A stretch of 64,000 bases of DNA from Gammaproteobacteria bacterium (GTDB lineage: Bacteria > Pseudomonadota > Gammaproteobacteria > Arenicellales > Poriferihabitantaceae): NCBI GenBank assembly GCA_024644945.1, contig JAHEGU010000010.1:4761-68760 (forward strand). Reading direction: 5' to 3'. The number at the start of each line of letters is the position of its first letter. Position 1 is the stretch's first letter. The notes beneath the pieces were generated by a model, which had not been told where the DNA came from, did not search any database, and saw nothing but the letters and a program-made list of their open reading frames with translations. Shown piece after piece: positions 18,833 to 27,955 of the stretch. Both the position numbers and the translations under genes were made by a program.

Positions 18833-21103
18833 TTAACGTTTGTCGGTGTCATCCCAGTCAACAGGTTTCAATTGTGGAGGATCGTCGGGCAGTAATCGTC
18901 GAGTATCCTGTTGTGCTTCCCCTTCTTCATTGCGGATAAATTCATAGCGCTCTTCGGTCAATAACGCCAGATCTTCCGGAGTCCGAATTATTTTTGGGCG
19001 CAGGAACACCATCAGGTTACGTTTAACCGCTTGTTTAGTTTTTTTACGAAACAATAAACCCAGTAGAGGGATCTTTCCAAGCACCGGCACCCACTCGTGC
19101 GTATCTACCGAATCATCACGTATTAATCCACCCAATACGATTATCTGTTCGTCATCAACCTGCACGGTTGCTTCAATCGACCGGGTATCTGTGATCAGAT
19201 CCGAAGCACCCTGAACCGTGATCGGCGCGACGCTCGAGACCTCCTGTTCAATTTCCAAACGAATAGTATTACCTTCATTAATCTGCGGTGTTATCCTCAA
19301 AGTCAGCCCTACGTTTTTCCTTTCAATGGTCTGAAAAGGGTTCACCACTCCGACTGCATTGCCATCGCCATCAGCCGTTATATTGGTGGCGGACGCGGTG
19401 CTGGTAAAGGCTCCAGTAACGAAAGGCACTTCCTGGCCTACCACAATTTCCGCAGCCTCGTTGTCCAGCGTCAGTAGGTTAGGCGTTGAAATAATATTGG
19501 TGCTGCTATCGCCCCGCAATGCGTGTAGCACTACGTTAAGATTAGGTACAACCGCGCCCGACAAATTAGTAAAAAATCTGTCTATGTATCCAAGCTCAAC
19601 TCCTCCTACCGATTCGCTGAACCCGGTATTAAAGTTCACATCCGCTCCAGAGTCGGTTCTCCTGTTCGCATTCCAGTCAACACCGAGCTCTGATTCCTTG
19701 TTGGCCGACACCTCCGCAATGATAGTTTCAACAAATACCTGCGCACGTCGAATATCCAGTTTCTCTATTACCGATTTAATCTCTTCGAAAGAAGCTTGAT
19801 CCGCCCTTATTACCAGGGCATTGCTCTGCTCGTCGGCCTGAATCGAGACTTCGGGAGCTGATACCGCACCCGTCTCGTCCTGGGCGGCGGGTTGCTGCAA
19901 CCCTCCCAGCAGATTAACTAACTCTATAGCTTGGGCGTATTTCAGGTATACCACATGGGTATCTCCCGCCTCAGGCCGTTCAACGTCAAGCTGGTCGATC
20001 AGGGCTTGGATCACTGGAAACTCCGCTTCCGGCGCTTGCACAATCAAGGCATTAAGGCCCTCGTCAACCTGCACGCTCACATTGGCGACCGGTTGTCCAG
20101 TCCGGCTGCTCTCTGCATTCAAGGAGGATAAAGTTTGACCAATAATTTGTGACATTTTGGTCGCATCAGCGTGTTTGAGATAGAGCACTCTGATATCCAC
20201 CCCTCGCTGTTCGGTATCCATCCGCTTGATCATCCCAAGTGTCCTGCTAATATTGGCAGCAGTTCCGGTCAGGATCAGCGTGTTGCTTCCGGCATGGGGT
20301 GCGATATGGTCTGTGGGGGGCAGAAGTGGACGCAGGATCGGCAATAGTTCCACTACCGAAGCGTGTTCGAGCGTGACTATATGGGTTATCTGTTCGTCAC
20401 TTCCTGAAGGGGATTCGTTTGTGGGAGTAGGATGCTGCTTGACCAGGTTCTTGGGTAAAATTTTAATCACCTCACCACTTGGTATCGCGGCAAAATTACT
20501 GACCTCCAGTACCGACAAGAATATTTCGTAAAGTTTATCCGCGGGTAATCCGACACCAGATACCAGGGTAACTTTTCCTTTGACACGGGGATCAACAATA
20601 AAACTTTTCTCCGTTACCTGAGAAACCAGGCTGATCAACGCGTTTATATCTGCGCCCTGAAAGTTCAGAGTGATAACGTCTTCACCATTCTCCCCCGCTG
20701 CCCGTGTGATCTGAGAGGTATCAGCGGCCCCCGACGCCGCAGTTGAGCTTCTATCCGTCTGCGCCAGCAACACCTGGGACTCTGTTGCGCCAATTTCGTC
20801 CACCACTCGAGCGAGCTCAGAAGGTTTCAAGTCGACCATAATCCCGTCAGCATCCAATTCTTCTTGTTCATACGCATATCGTATGTCGATACCGGGGTTC
20901 GCAATCTGGCTGGCGTAGAATTGAAGATCCTGCTGGAAGGACAGATCTACCATTGCGCCATTTTCCACAGCCGAGGACTGCGCCCATAGTGGCTGAACCA
21001 GCCCAAATACAAGACATGCCGCCAACACCGCAGGCAATTCCGCTAGGGAATTCAGCAGAGCATGTCGGGGCTGTCGTGTCATGTTAGCGAGCAATTCATT
21101 CAT
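18833..21103 (-). CDS. gspD: Type II secretion outer-membrane secretin GspD (with ~100-aa N-terminal extension)
   Basis: Signal peptide ...LVQPLWA/QSS. N0 begins near residue 143 (ITLNFQGADINALISLVSQVTEKSFIVDP). Secretin core runs ...IIVLGGLIRD...VPVLGKIPLLGLLFRKK. 756 aa. Confidence 0.93.
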   Translation of the reverse strand: MNELLANMTRQPRHALLNSLAELPAVLAACLVFGLVQPLWAQSSAVENGAMVDLSFQQDLQFYASQIANPGIDIRYAYEQEELDADGIMVDLKPSELARVVDEIGATESQVLLAQTDRSSTAASGAADTSQITRAAGENGEDVITLNFQGADINALISLVSQVTEKSFIVDPRVKGKVTLVSGVGLPADKLYEIFLSVLEVSNFAAIPSGEVIKILPKNLVKQHPTPTNESPSGSDEQITHIVTLEHASVVELLPILRPLLPPTDHIAPHAGSNTLILTGTAANISRTLGMIKRMDTEQRGVDIRVLYLKHADATKMSQIIGQTLSSLNAESSRTGQPVANVSVQVDEGLNALIVQAPEAEFPVIQALIDQLDVERPEAGDTHVVYLKYAQAIELVNLLGGLQQPAAQDETGAVSAPEVSIQADEQSNALVIRADQASFEEIKSVIEKLDIRRAQVFVETIIAEVSANKESELGVDWNANRRTDSGADVNFNTGFSESVGGVELGYIDRFFTNLSGAVVPNLNVVLHALRGDSSTNIISTPNLLTLDNEAAEIVVGQEVPFVTGAFTSTASATNITADGDGNAVGVVNPFQTIERKNVGLTLRITPQINEGNTIRLEIEQEVSSVAPITVQGASDLITDTRSIEATVQVDDEQIIVLGGLIRDDSVDTHEWVPVLGKIPLLGLLFRKKTKQAVKRNLMVFLRPKIIRTPEDLALLTEERYEFIRNEEGEAQQDTRRLLPDDPPQLKPVDWDDTDKR

Positions 21104-21133
21104 CCAGGCAGATAAATTCCCATTTTATGCCCC

Positions 21134-22444
21134 TCAGGCCAGGTTTTCCAAACGAATCGCGGTGATTTTACTTGTCACCGCATCGAGTTTCTCAATCTGC
21201 TCAACGGCGCTAGACATGTAGTTTCCAGGGGTAACCTGTGTCAGCATGATGATTGTCACCTCCTTGCCTTTAGCTTCATGACCCTTTTGTAATATGGTTG
21301 CAATACTAATCTCACTGTCACCAAAAATGCGGGTGATCGCAGCCAGCACCCCGGGCCGATTAATTACGGACATTCGGAGATAGAACGCAGTCTTAACCTG
21401 GCCCATCTGCATGATCGGTAGCGCTGCCAGGGATCCTGGCTGGAATGCCAGGTGCGGCACCCGGTTATTCGGATCACTGGTAAGTGCGCGCACCACATCC
21501 ACGATATCGGCTACCACAGCCGAGCCAGTGGGCTCAGCCCCGGCCCCCGCGCCATAATAAAGAGTCGGACCAACCGCGTCAGCCATCACCATGGCGGCAT
21601 TCATTACCCCATCTACATTGGCGATCAACCGTTGCTTGGGTATCAGCGCCGGATGCACCCGAAGCTCGATACCACCCGGGTTTCGCCTAGCGATACCGAG
21701 ATGCTTGATTCTGAAACCAAGCTCGCCGGCATAGCGTATGTCGTCAATAGTTACGCCAGTAATACCCTCAACAAAGACCTGATCAAACTGCAGTGGGATG
21801 CCGAACGCTATGGAGGCTAGAATAGTTAGTTTGTGCGCGGCGTCTACACCCTCGATATCGAACGAGGGATCTGCCTCGGCGTAGCCAAGTGACTGCGCTT
21901 CTTTCAGCACCTCGGAAAAATCAAGCCCATCCTGTTCCATCCTGGTCAATATGTAATTGCAGGTACCGTTAATTATCCCGGCGAGCCATTGAATCCGATT
22001 GGCGGAGAGTCCTTCCCGTAAAGATTTGATGATAGGTATACCGCCGGCTACTGCCGCTTCGAACGCCACCATTAAGCCTTTCTCTTGGGCTTTTTCGAAA
22101 ATGTGATTTCCGTGCAACGCTATCAATGCCTTATTTGCCGTGACCACGTGCTTGCCGTTCTCTATGGCTCTCAGCACAACTTCCTTGGCAACCCCATCCC
22201 CACCGATGAGCTCAACCACAATATCAATGTCAGGATCGTTCACAACCTGCATCGGATCATCGGTCAGCTCGATGCCTGCGGTATCTGCCATTCTTTGTTT
22301 GGCTAAGTTTTGCACCGCAGCCCTTGTTACCCGTATATCTCTACCTGCCCGACCGGCAATATCCCGGCTATTCCGCTGGAGTATTTCCAGGGTGCCGGCA
22401 CCCACGGTCCCAAGGCCGATCAGGCCAATTTTGACAGCATTCAC
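21134..22444 (-). CDS. hom: Homoserine dehydrogenase
   Basis: NAD-binding KIGLIGLGTVGAG, catalytic-domain blocks and a C-terminal ACT domain (FYLRMSVINRPGVLAAITRIF). The track ORF starts at 22534. An in-frame GTG at 22444 (M-NAVKIGLIGLG) gives the canonical ~437 aa. Confidence 0.93.
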   Translation of the reverse strand: MNAVKIGLIGLGTVGAGTLEILQRNSRDIAGRAGRDIRVTRAAVQNLAKQRMADTAGIELTDDPMQVVNDPDIDIVVELIGGDGVAKEVVLRAIENGKHVVTANKALIALHGNHIFEKAQEKGLMVAFEAAVAGGIPIIKSLREGLSANRIQWLAGIINGTCNYILTRMEQDGLDFSEVLKEAQSLGYAEADPSFDIEGVDAAHKLTILASIAFGIPLQFDQVFVEGITGVTIDDIRYAGELGFRIKHLGIARRNPGGIELRVHPALIPKQRLIANVDGVMNAAMVMADAVGPTLYYGAGAGAEPTGSAVVADIVDVVRALTSDPNNRVPHLAFQPGSLAALPIMQMGQVKTAFYLRMSVINRPGVLAAITRIFGDSEISIATILQKGHEAKGKEVTIIMLTQVTPGNYMSSAVEQIEKLDAVTSKITAIRLENLA

Positions 22445-22571
22445 AGTGATAAATTTACAAACGGAGAATTGGTTACAATCCTGGTTAATTGTGCGCCTGT
22501 TAACATGTTTGAAGGCCTGTTCTGCCTCCGGCACAAAAGGCGTTCTGAATTAGCGAGTTACCACCAAGTCC

Positions 22572-22952
22572 ATGCAACTTAACCTTGAGCGGCCAACGCA
22601 GCCCAATATTATTCGCAGCGTAAGCAACAATGCGCAAAGCTTCCATATTGTAGTCGGAGAAACCTCCTTCACGCAGAGCGTGATATTAACATCCGAGAGT
22701 ATTGATTTGTGGGAAGTTACCAACATTTCCGAACTCAAAACACATCATTTTGATCGGCTCGCGCAGCATTCTGTTGAGGTGATTGTGCTTGGCACAGGAA
22801 CGTCAATCCAGTTTCCCGACCCGGCGCTGTCTCAGGCCCTAATGGAGAATCAAATTGGTCTCGAAGTCATGGACACGGTGGCCGCATGCAGGACCTACAA
22901 TGTCCTTGCCGGAGATGGCAGAAAAGTGGCCGCCGCCCTAATAATGTGGTGA
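22572..22952 (+). CDS. Mth938/DUF498-family small protein
   Basis: 126 aa. The pattern F.I..G..Y..SVIL......W.....L...HF......EVIVLGTG....FP and the ending RTYNVLAGDGRKVAAAL fit the Mth938-like (NDUFAF3-type) fold family from memory. Confidence 0.7.
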   Translation: MQLNLERPTQPNIIRSVSNNAQSFHIVVGETSFTQSVILTSESIDLWEVTNISELKTHHFDRLAQHSVEVIVLGTGTSIQFPDPALSQALMENQIGLEVMDTVAACRTYNVLAGDGRKVAAALIMW

Positions 22953-23071
22953 GAATTGATTGCCTATCCCCAGCCAGATTGAAAAAAACGGATTTATGCC
23001 TGGCCCAGGCTTTCAGAACCTAGCCTAGGCGGGCCTGGCCTGGCCTGATTCGACCCAGTGCCGGACAATTC

Positions 23072-23803
23072 CTAACCGTGCCGGCAAATCTCAAGATACT
23101 CCGCAACCACAGTCGCAAGCCCCCGATCGATGCTCTCCACCGTCAGGGCGTGTCCGATAGAGACCTCAAGTATGTTGCCAATAGAGAGAAATTTTTCCAG
23201 GTTAGCCAGATCGAGGTCGTGTCCCGCATTGACCCCCAGGCCCTGTGAAATCGCCAGGTCTTTAGCCGATTTGTACTTCTCTAACACCACACCCTGCTGT
23301 GCGCTGGCATAAGTATTGGCATACTGCTCAGTATATAGTTCAATACGGTCGTATCCGCTTTGCGCGGCGGCCCGCACCTGATCGCAGTCGGGGTCCAAAA
23401 AAAGCGCAGCCCGACTTCCGACACCATGAATCCGCTGCAGCGCCGGTGCAAGCACGGCAAGGTTCTGCTCTACTGACCAGCCATGATCTGAGGTTAATTG
23501 TTCGGTAGTATCGGGCACCAGTGTACACTGATCTGGTCGAGATCTCTCAATCAACTGAAGGAATTCTTCCGACGGATAACCCTCAACATTGAATTCCACG
23601 TCATTAAAATCTCGAACTAAATCTGACAAGTCCAAGGTGTCGGCCCGTGTAATATGTCGTTCGTCCTGACGTGGGTGCACGGTAATTCCTGCGACCCCCA
23701 TACCGATCAGTTTGTTGGCATACAGCACTACGTTCGGATAATCCCTGCCTCGGGAGTTCCGCAGTAATGCAATTTTATTAAGATTTACGCTTAGAGCGGT
23801 CAT
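23072..23803 (-). CDS. pdxJ: Pyridoxine 5'-phosphate synthase
   Basis: LSVNLNKIALLRNSRG, ITVHPRQDERHI, ELYT..YA, VNAGHDL, EVSIGHAL. 243 aa. Confidence 0.95.
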   Translation of the reverse strand: MTALSVNLNKIALLRNSRGRDYPNVVLYANKLIGMGVAGITVHPRQDERHITRADTLDLSDLVRDFNDVEFNVEGYPSEEFLQLIERSRPDQCTLVPDTTEQLTSDHGWSVEQNLAVLAPALQRIHGVGSRAALFLDPDCDQVRAAAQSGYDRIELYTEQYANTYASAQQGVVLEKYKSAKDLAISQGLGVNAGHDLDLANLEKFLSIGNILEVSIGHALTVESIDRGLATVVAEYLEICRHG

Positions 23804-23936
23804 AGCAAAAGTGTCGATTTAATGGTCAGAATATCACAAGAATCTCACGAAGCTGCAACTGTAAAATGCCACATAAACTTTGAACCTTTAAGCAAATTAT
23901 GGTTCTATTTGATATCGAAATATCTGAGATTTTAAG

Positions 23937-25145
23937 ATGAAAAAATACTTGTTGATTGTTGCAGGTGCTGTAGCTGTCAGCGTGAGTCTGATGCTGGGTA
24001 TTGGGATTAAACAACAGCCGTCCTCGATTACGAATGTTAGTCCTGTGAGCGCCGCCATGGCCCAGACCGAGCCCGGTCTCAGGGTCGCAACCTTTGCCGG
24101 AGGGTGTTTCTGGTGTGTGGAGTCGACATTCGAAAAATATCCTGGCGTAGTCAAAGCGGTTTCTGGTTACGCTGGAGGCACCACCCAGAATCCGACTTAC
24201 TACGATGTTGGGAGCGGTAAGACCGGCCACACCGAAGTGGTCCAAATCCACTATGACCCTGTTGAAACCTCTTATGCCGCACTACTGCACTACCTATGGC
24301 GCGAAATTGATCCGACAGATGCAGAGGGGCAGTTTGTAGACCGAGGCAGCATGTATCGCCCGGCGGTGTTCTATCATAACGAAGAACAAAAACAACAATT
24401 ACTGGATTCTCTCGAAGACCTGCGAACGTCAGGTAGATTTGCCAAACCTCTTCAGGTTGAGGTTTTGCCATTTGATAAATTCTGGGAGGCGGAGGATTAT
24501 CACCAGGATTACTATAAAAAAAGCCCGTTGCGGTACAAGGTTTATCGTCATGGTTCCGGACGCGACCAGTTTCTTGAGCGCGTATGGGGCGAAGAGCTAC
24601 ACGCAAAATACAAACCGGAAGGCGGAGAATTAGAATCCTCAGAATCAACCGGCAGTGACACCCAGTCAAACACGCAGATGCAGCCCGATTCGAATGAGGT
24701 GGTGTCCTATGTAAAACCCTCTGACCAAGAATTACGTTCTCGACTCACTCCACTGCAATACAAAGTAACTCAACACGAAGGCACTGAAAGACCCTTCGCT
24801 AATGAGTATTGGGACAACAAAGAAGAAGGCATTTATGTCGACATCACGAGCGGAGAACCGCTTTTCTCTTCGGTCGACAAATTCAAGTCCGGCACTGGCT
24901 GGCCAAGTTTCAGTAAACCGATCGATGATCAATATGTGGTCGAAGAGATGGACCTCAAACTTGGCATTCCACGCACCGAGGTGCGCAGCAAATACGGCGA
25001 CGCCCATCTCGGACATGTTTTCAACGACGGCCCGGCGCCAACTGGTCTCAGATACTGCATCAATTCCGCATCCCTGAGATTCGTACCCAAGAATCAGCTA
25101 AGCGACAACGGCTACAGTAAATATACTGAAATGTTTGGACTATAA
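23937..25145 (+). CDS. msrAB: Exported bifunctional methionine sulfoxide reductase MsrA-MsrB
   Basis: N-terminal signal/anchor [20 protein letters not shown]. MsrA active site [12 protein letters not shown] Ser/Thr/Glu-rich linker. MsrB blocks GTGWPSF and [10 protein letters not shown]...RYCINSASL. Confidence 0.9.
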   Translation: MKKYLLIVAGAVAVSVSLMLGIGIKQQPSSITNVSPVSAAMAQTEPGLRVATFAGGCFWCVESTFEKYPGVVKAVSGYAGGTTQNPTYYDVGSGKTGHTEVVQIHYDPVETSYAALLHYLWREIDPTDAEGQFVDRGSMYRPAVFYHNEEQKQQLLDSLEDLRTSGRFAKPLQVEVLPFDKFWEAEDYHQDYYKKSPLRYKVYRHGSGRDQFLERVWGEELHAKYKPEGGELESSESTGSDTQSNTQMQPDSNEVVSYVKPSDQELRSRLTPLQYKVTQHEGTERPFANEYWDNKEEGIYVDITSGEPLFSSVDKFKSGTGWPSFSKPIDDQYVVEEMDLKLGIPRTEVRSKYGDAHLGHVFNDGPAPTGLRYCINSASLRFVPKNQLSDNGYSKYTEMFGL

Positions 25146-25232
25146 TAACAACGCATTGAAGTAAATAATCGGCCCGGGCACCCTCAGTCCGGGCCTGCTC
25201 TCTCAGCCCCTGTCTGTGGAGTCTGAAACATA

Positions 25233-26723
25233 ATGAAGATGTCGTCCTGGCTTTCTGCCCTGTCCGACCTGTTTCTCTTAGCCATCGGGCTGCTGTTCGT
25301 GCTGGTTTTTGTAGTTTATGTGCGAGATGTCACCCAGACCAAGGATGCGGTGTTACGCAACTATCCCGTTATTGGTCACTTCCGCTATATATTCACCACA
25401 CTCGGTGAGTTTTTTCGTCAATACTTCTTTGCAATGGACAGGGAAGAAATGCCCTTCAATCGAGCTGAACGGCAATGGATAGAGCGAGCGAGTAAAGACA
25501 AAAGCACCACTATCGCGTTTGGTTCAACCAAAAGCCTGGAATATCCAGGAACTTTAATCTTCGAAAACGCTGCATTCCCCTTACTTGATGAGGACAAACA
25601 ATCTCCGGCTTTTGTGGTGATTGGAGAGGGTTATTGTGAAATGCCCTATGAGACAAACTCTATTCTGAACATTTCGGCCATGAGTTTTGGCGCCATTTCT
25701 AAACCAGCAGTAAGAGCCCTTTCTAAAGGCGCCCGTATGGCTGGATGCTGGCTCAATACCGGTGAAGGCGGGCTGTCTTCCTATCATCTGGAGGGTGGTG
25801 CAGATATCGTGTTCCAATTTGGAACCGCCAAGTATGGCGTGCGGGATCAGGAAGGCTATCTGAGCGAAGAAAAACTTCGGCAGGTAGCGTCTCATGACCA
25901 AGTAAAGATGATTGAAATTAAGCTTTCCCAGGGCGCTAAACCAGGTAAAGGCGGGATTCTGCCCGCGTCTAAAGTGACCTCGGAAATTGCGGCGATTAGA
26001 GGTATCCCGGAGGGACAGGCGTCAATCTCACCCAACCGACATCTTGATGTGGACTCAGTGGACCACCTGCTTGAATTGATTCTCAAAGTCAGGCAGGTGA
26101 CCGGAAAGCCTGTGGGAATAAAGGCCGTAATCGGCGGTATGGACTGGCTCAATGACCTGTTCGGAAAAATCCGTCAACGCGGACTTGATTCAGCGCCAGA
26201 TTTTATTACTCTCGACAGCGGTGACGGCGGCACCGGGGCAGCGCCAATGACTCTTATGGATCATGTTGGCCTGCCCATTCGAGAATCATTACCGATGTTA
26301 GTAGATGGTCTTAAACAGTTCGGACTTCGAAACCGGATCAAGATCATAACCTCAGGCAAACTGATCAATCCAGCTGGCGTTGCCTGGGCACTCTGTACCG
26401 GCGCTGATTTCGTCAATTCTGCACGCGGATTCATGTTTGCACTTGGGTGTATTCAATCATTAAAATGTAACAAAAACACCTGCCCTACTGGAATTACCAC
26501 CCATGACAAACGCTTACAAAAAGGGCTGGATCCCGATGACAAAGCGGCAAAGGTCGCCAACTATGTAGGGCAGATCACCGAAGCGGTGGAGATTATTGCC
26601 CACTCATGCGGCGTGCCCGAACCAAGAAGTTTGAGAAGAGAGCATGTCAGGTTGGTACAACAAAACGGCCGCTCAGTAAGGATGAGCGAGCTATACCCAG
26701 AGCCAACTACCTTATTGCCGTAA
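25233..26723 (+). CDS. FMN-binding glutamate synthase family protein (GltB FMN-domain-like), membrane anchored
   Basis: N-terminal TM segment LFLLAIGLLFVLVFVVYV. Blocks ISAMSFGAIS, NTGEGG, KLSQGAKPGKGG and LDSGDGGTGAAP are typical of the glutamate-synthase FMN domain family. Substrate unknown. Confidence 0.8.
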   Translation: MKMSSWLSALSDLFLLAIGLLFVLVFVVYVRDVTQTKDAVLRNYPVIGHFRYIFTTLGEFFRQYFFAMDREEMPFNRAERQWIERASKDKSTTIAFGSTKSLEYPGTLIFENAAFPLLDEDKQSPAFVVIGEGYCEMPYETNSILNISAMSFGAISKPAVRALSKGARMAGCWLNTGEGGLSSYHLEGGADIVFQFGTAKYGVRDQEGYLSEEKLRQVASHDQVKMIEIKLSQGAKPGKGGILPASKVTSEIAAIRGIPEGQASISPNRHLDVDSVDHLLELILKVRQVTGKPVGIKAVIGGMDWLNDLFGKIRQRGLDSAPDFITLDSGDGGTGAAPMTLMDHVGLPIRESLPMLVDGLKQFGLRNRIKIITSGKLINPAGVAWALCTGADFVNSARGFMFALGCIQSLKCNKNTCPTGITTHDKRLQKGLDPDDKAAKVANYVGQITEAVEIIAHSCGVPEPRSLRREHVRLVQQNGRSVRMSELYPEPTTLLP

Positions 26724-26798
26724 AGCAATAGAATTGCCATTGTCTACTGTGTCATTAGTTGACCGGCAACACCGTTTTAAAAATACTTGAGAATGCTC

Positions 26799-27740
26799 CT
26801 ATGGTCGCGGCAAACCATCGTCCCCGTATAGCTTATCGAATCCAAAGTGCGCGAGTATTTGATAACCCTGGTCAATTTGCGAAGTGCTCAATTCATCTTT
26901 CCAGGCCGAGATCGGAGACCGATTGGATTCGATGGTGCTCTCTTTTCCAGCAACACGAGTGGGCTTGTTGACTAATCGTGCGGGCAGTTTCACCGGCGGC
27001 AAGTCGGGATTGTTTTTAATAAAGCGTAGCGTCTCCGAGATCTCTCGGTCTGGATGTAAATACACCTGTTCATAATAAAGCACTTTTAGCTCCCCTTTTT
27101 TAAACTGCTGCAGTGGAACATAATTAATTATCGCCCAAATCAATAATTGATTTTGGACATAGTCTCCCTTCTCGCTTACCCGATGAATCAGGTCCTCGTG
27201 CTCAAGCAGGTAATCCTGCCGCAGATAGTTTTGATTCCAAAGATCCAGTGGATCCTTCACCCATAACCAGTCGTGTTTCTTTGCCTTCGATAAAGCCACC
27301 GCAAAGGGATTACGAATCAATAAAATTGGTCTTATTGAAGGATAGCGCTGGCACGCCCAGTAGCAAAGTAAATTAGCGAATATATCTTTGAGCAGAATCC
27401 CGTTATAGAAAAAAGAACGATTGAAGCGATTCACCCGGTGATGTGAGAATCTGCCGCTCACAAGGTCATCAAGATACGTTTCGAGTTGGGGGTAGGCCTG
27501 CCCGGGCCGGACATATTCCAAGGGTAGTAAAAAATCAACCTGCTCGATTTGCTTTGGATGAAACGGCTCGAACATCTCGCGATAACGCCTGCGATAATTC
27601 ACCAAACTGGACACCCACGTGGTGCCGCTTCGTCCGTCGCCCACTATCCATGCGACCTCTCGGTAGTTTCCAAGTTTGTAGTTCGCTTTCAAGACAGCCG
27701 CCAGAAAATCGCGAAAAAGATTCTTTACGCCTTCGCTCAT
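26799..27740 (-). CDS. Sulfotransferase-family protein (PAPS-dependent type)
   Basis: 5'-phosphosulfate-binding loop WIVGDGRSGTTWVSSL and a downstream LLIRNPFAVALS region. The track ORF starts at 27812. ATG 27740 (MSEGVKNLF...) is the more plausible start. Confidence 0.7.
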   Translation of the reverse strand: MSEGVKNLFRDFLAAVLKANYKLGNYREVAWIVGDGRSGTTWVSSLVNYRRRYREMFEPFHPKQIEQVDFLLPLEYVRPGQAYPQLETYLDDLVSGRFSHHRVNRFNRSFFYNGILLKDIFANLLCYWACQRYPSIRPILLIRNPFAVALSKAKKHDWLWVKDPLDLWNQNYLRQDYLLEHEDLIHRVSEKGDYVQNQLLIWAIINYVPLQQFKKGELKVLYYEQVYLHPDREISETLRFIKNNPDLPPVKLPARLVNKPTRVAGKESTIESNRSPISAWKDELSTSQIDQGYQILAHFGFDKLYGDDGLPRP

Positions 27741-27955
27741 TGAGTTAAACCCGCCTAAGAGCCAACCTCTGCCAAAGTCACATCTTGATACAGAGAAGCA
27801 CGCATCAGGCATGAATCAACGAGAAACCAAGGAGCACGGGTGTCAAGATCGCTGCAGTTACCCAGAAAAATAACCGATGGTGTCAGTACTAACAACGGCG
27901 GCCGAATAAACATGAGCACTGTTGTGAGTTTATTAATGTGCTGACTCCATCAGAG

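Noticed and set aside
22985-23065. Repeated GCCTGGCC units (GCCTGGCCCAGGC … GGCCTGGCCTGGCCTG) between the convergent DUF498 gene and pdxJ. I considered a REP-like element or a terminator.
   Set aside because: There are only three short, imperfect copies. The one hairpin (GCCTG-GCC-CAGGC) has a 5-bp stem. I found no second occurrence elsewhere in the window to support a dispersed repeat family.
23826-24251. 141-aa minus-strand ORF spanning the pdxJ-msrAB intergenic region and the msrAB 5' end.
   Set aside because: It overlaps the msrAB signal peptide and MsrA active-site coding region. The sequence is compositionally odd (Gly/His/Arg/Thr-rich) and has no motif. It is most likely spurious.
25171-25195. 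Hairpin GGCCCGG-N11-CCGGGCC after msrAB, considered as a terminator.
   Set aside because: The stem is real, but the loop is long (11 nt) and no U-tract follows. It may attenuate transcription, but I cannot call it an intrinsic terminator.
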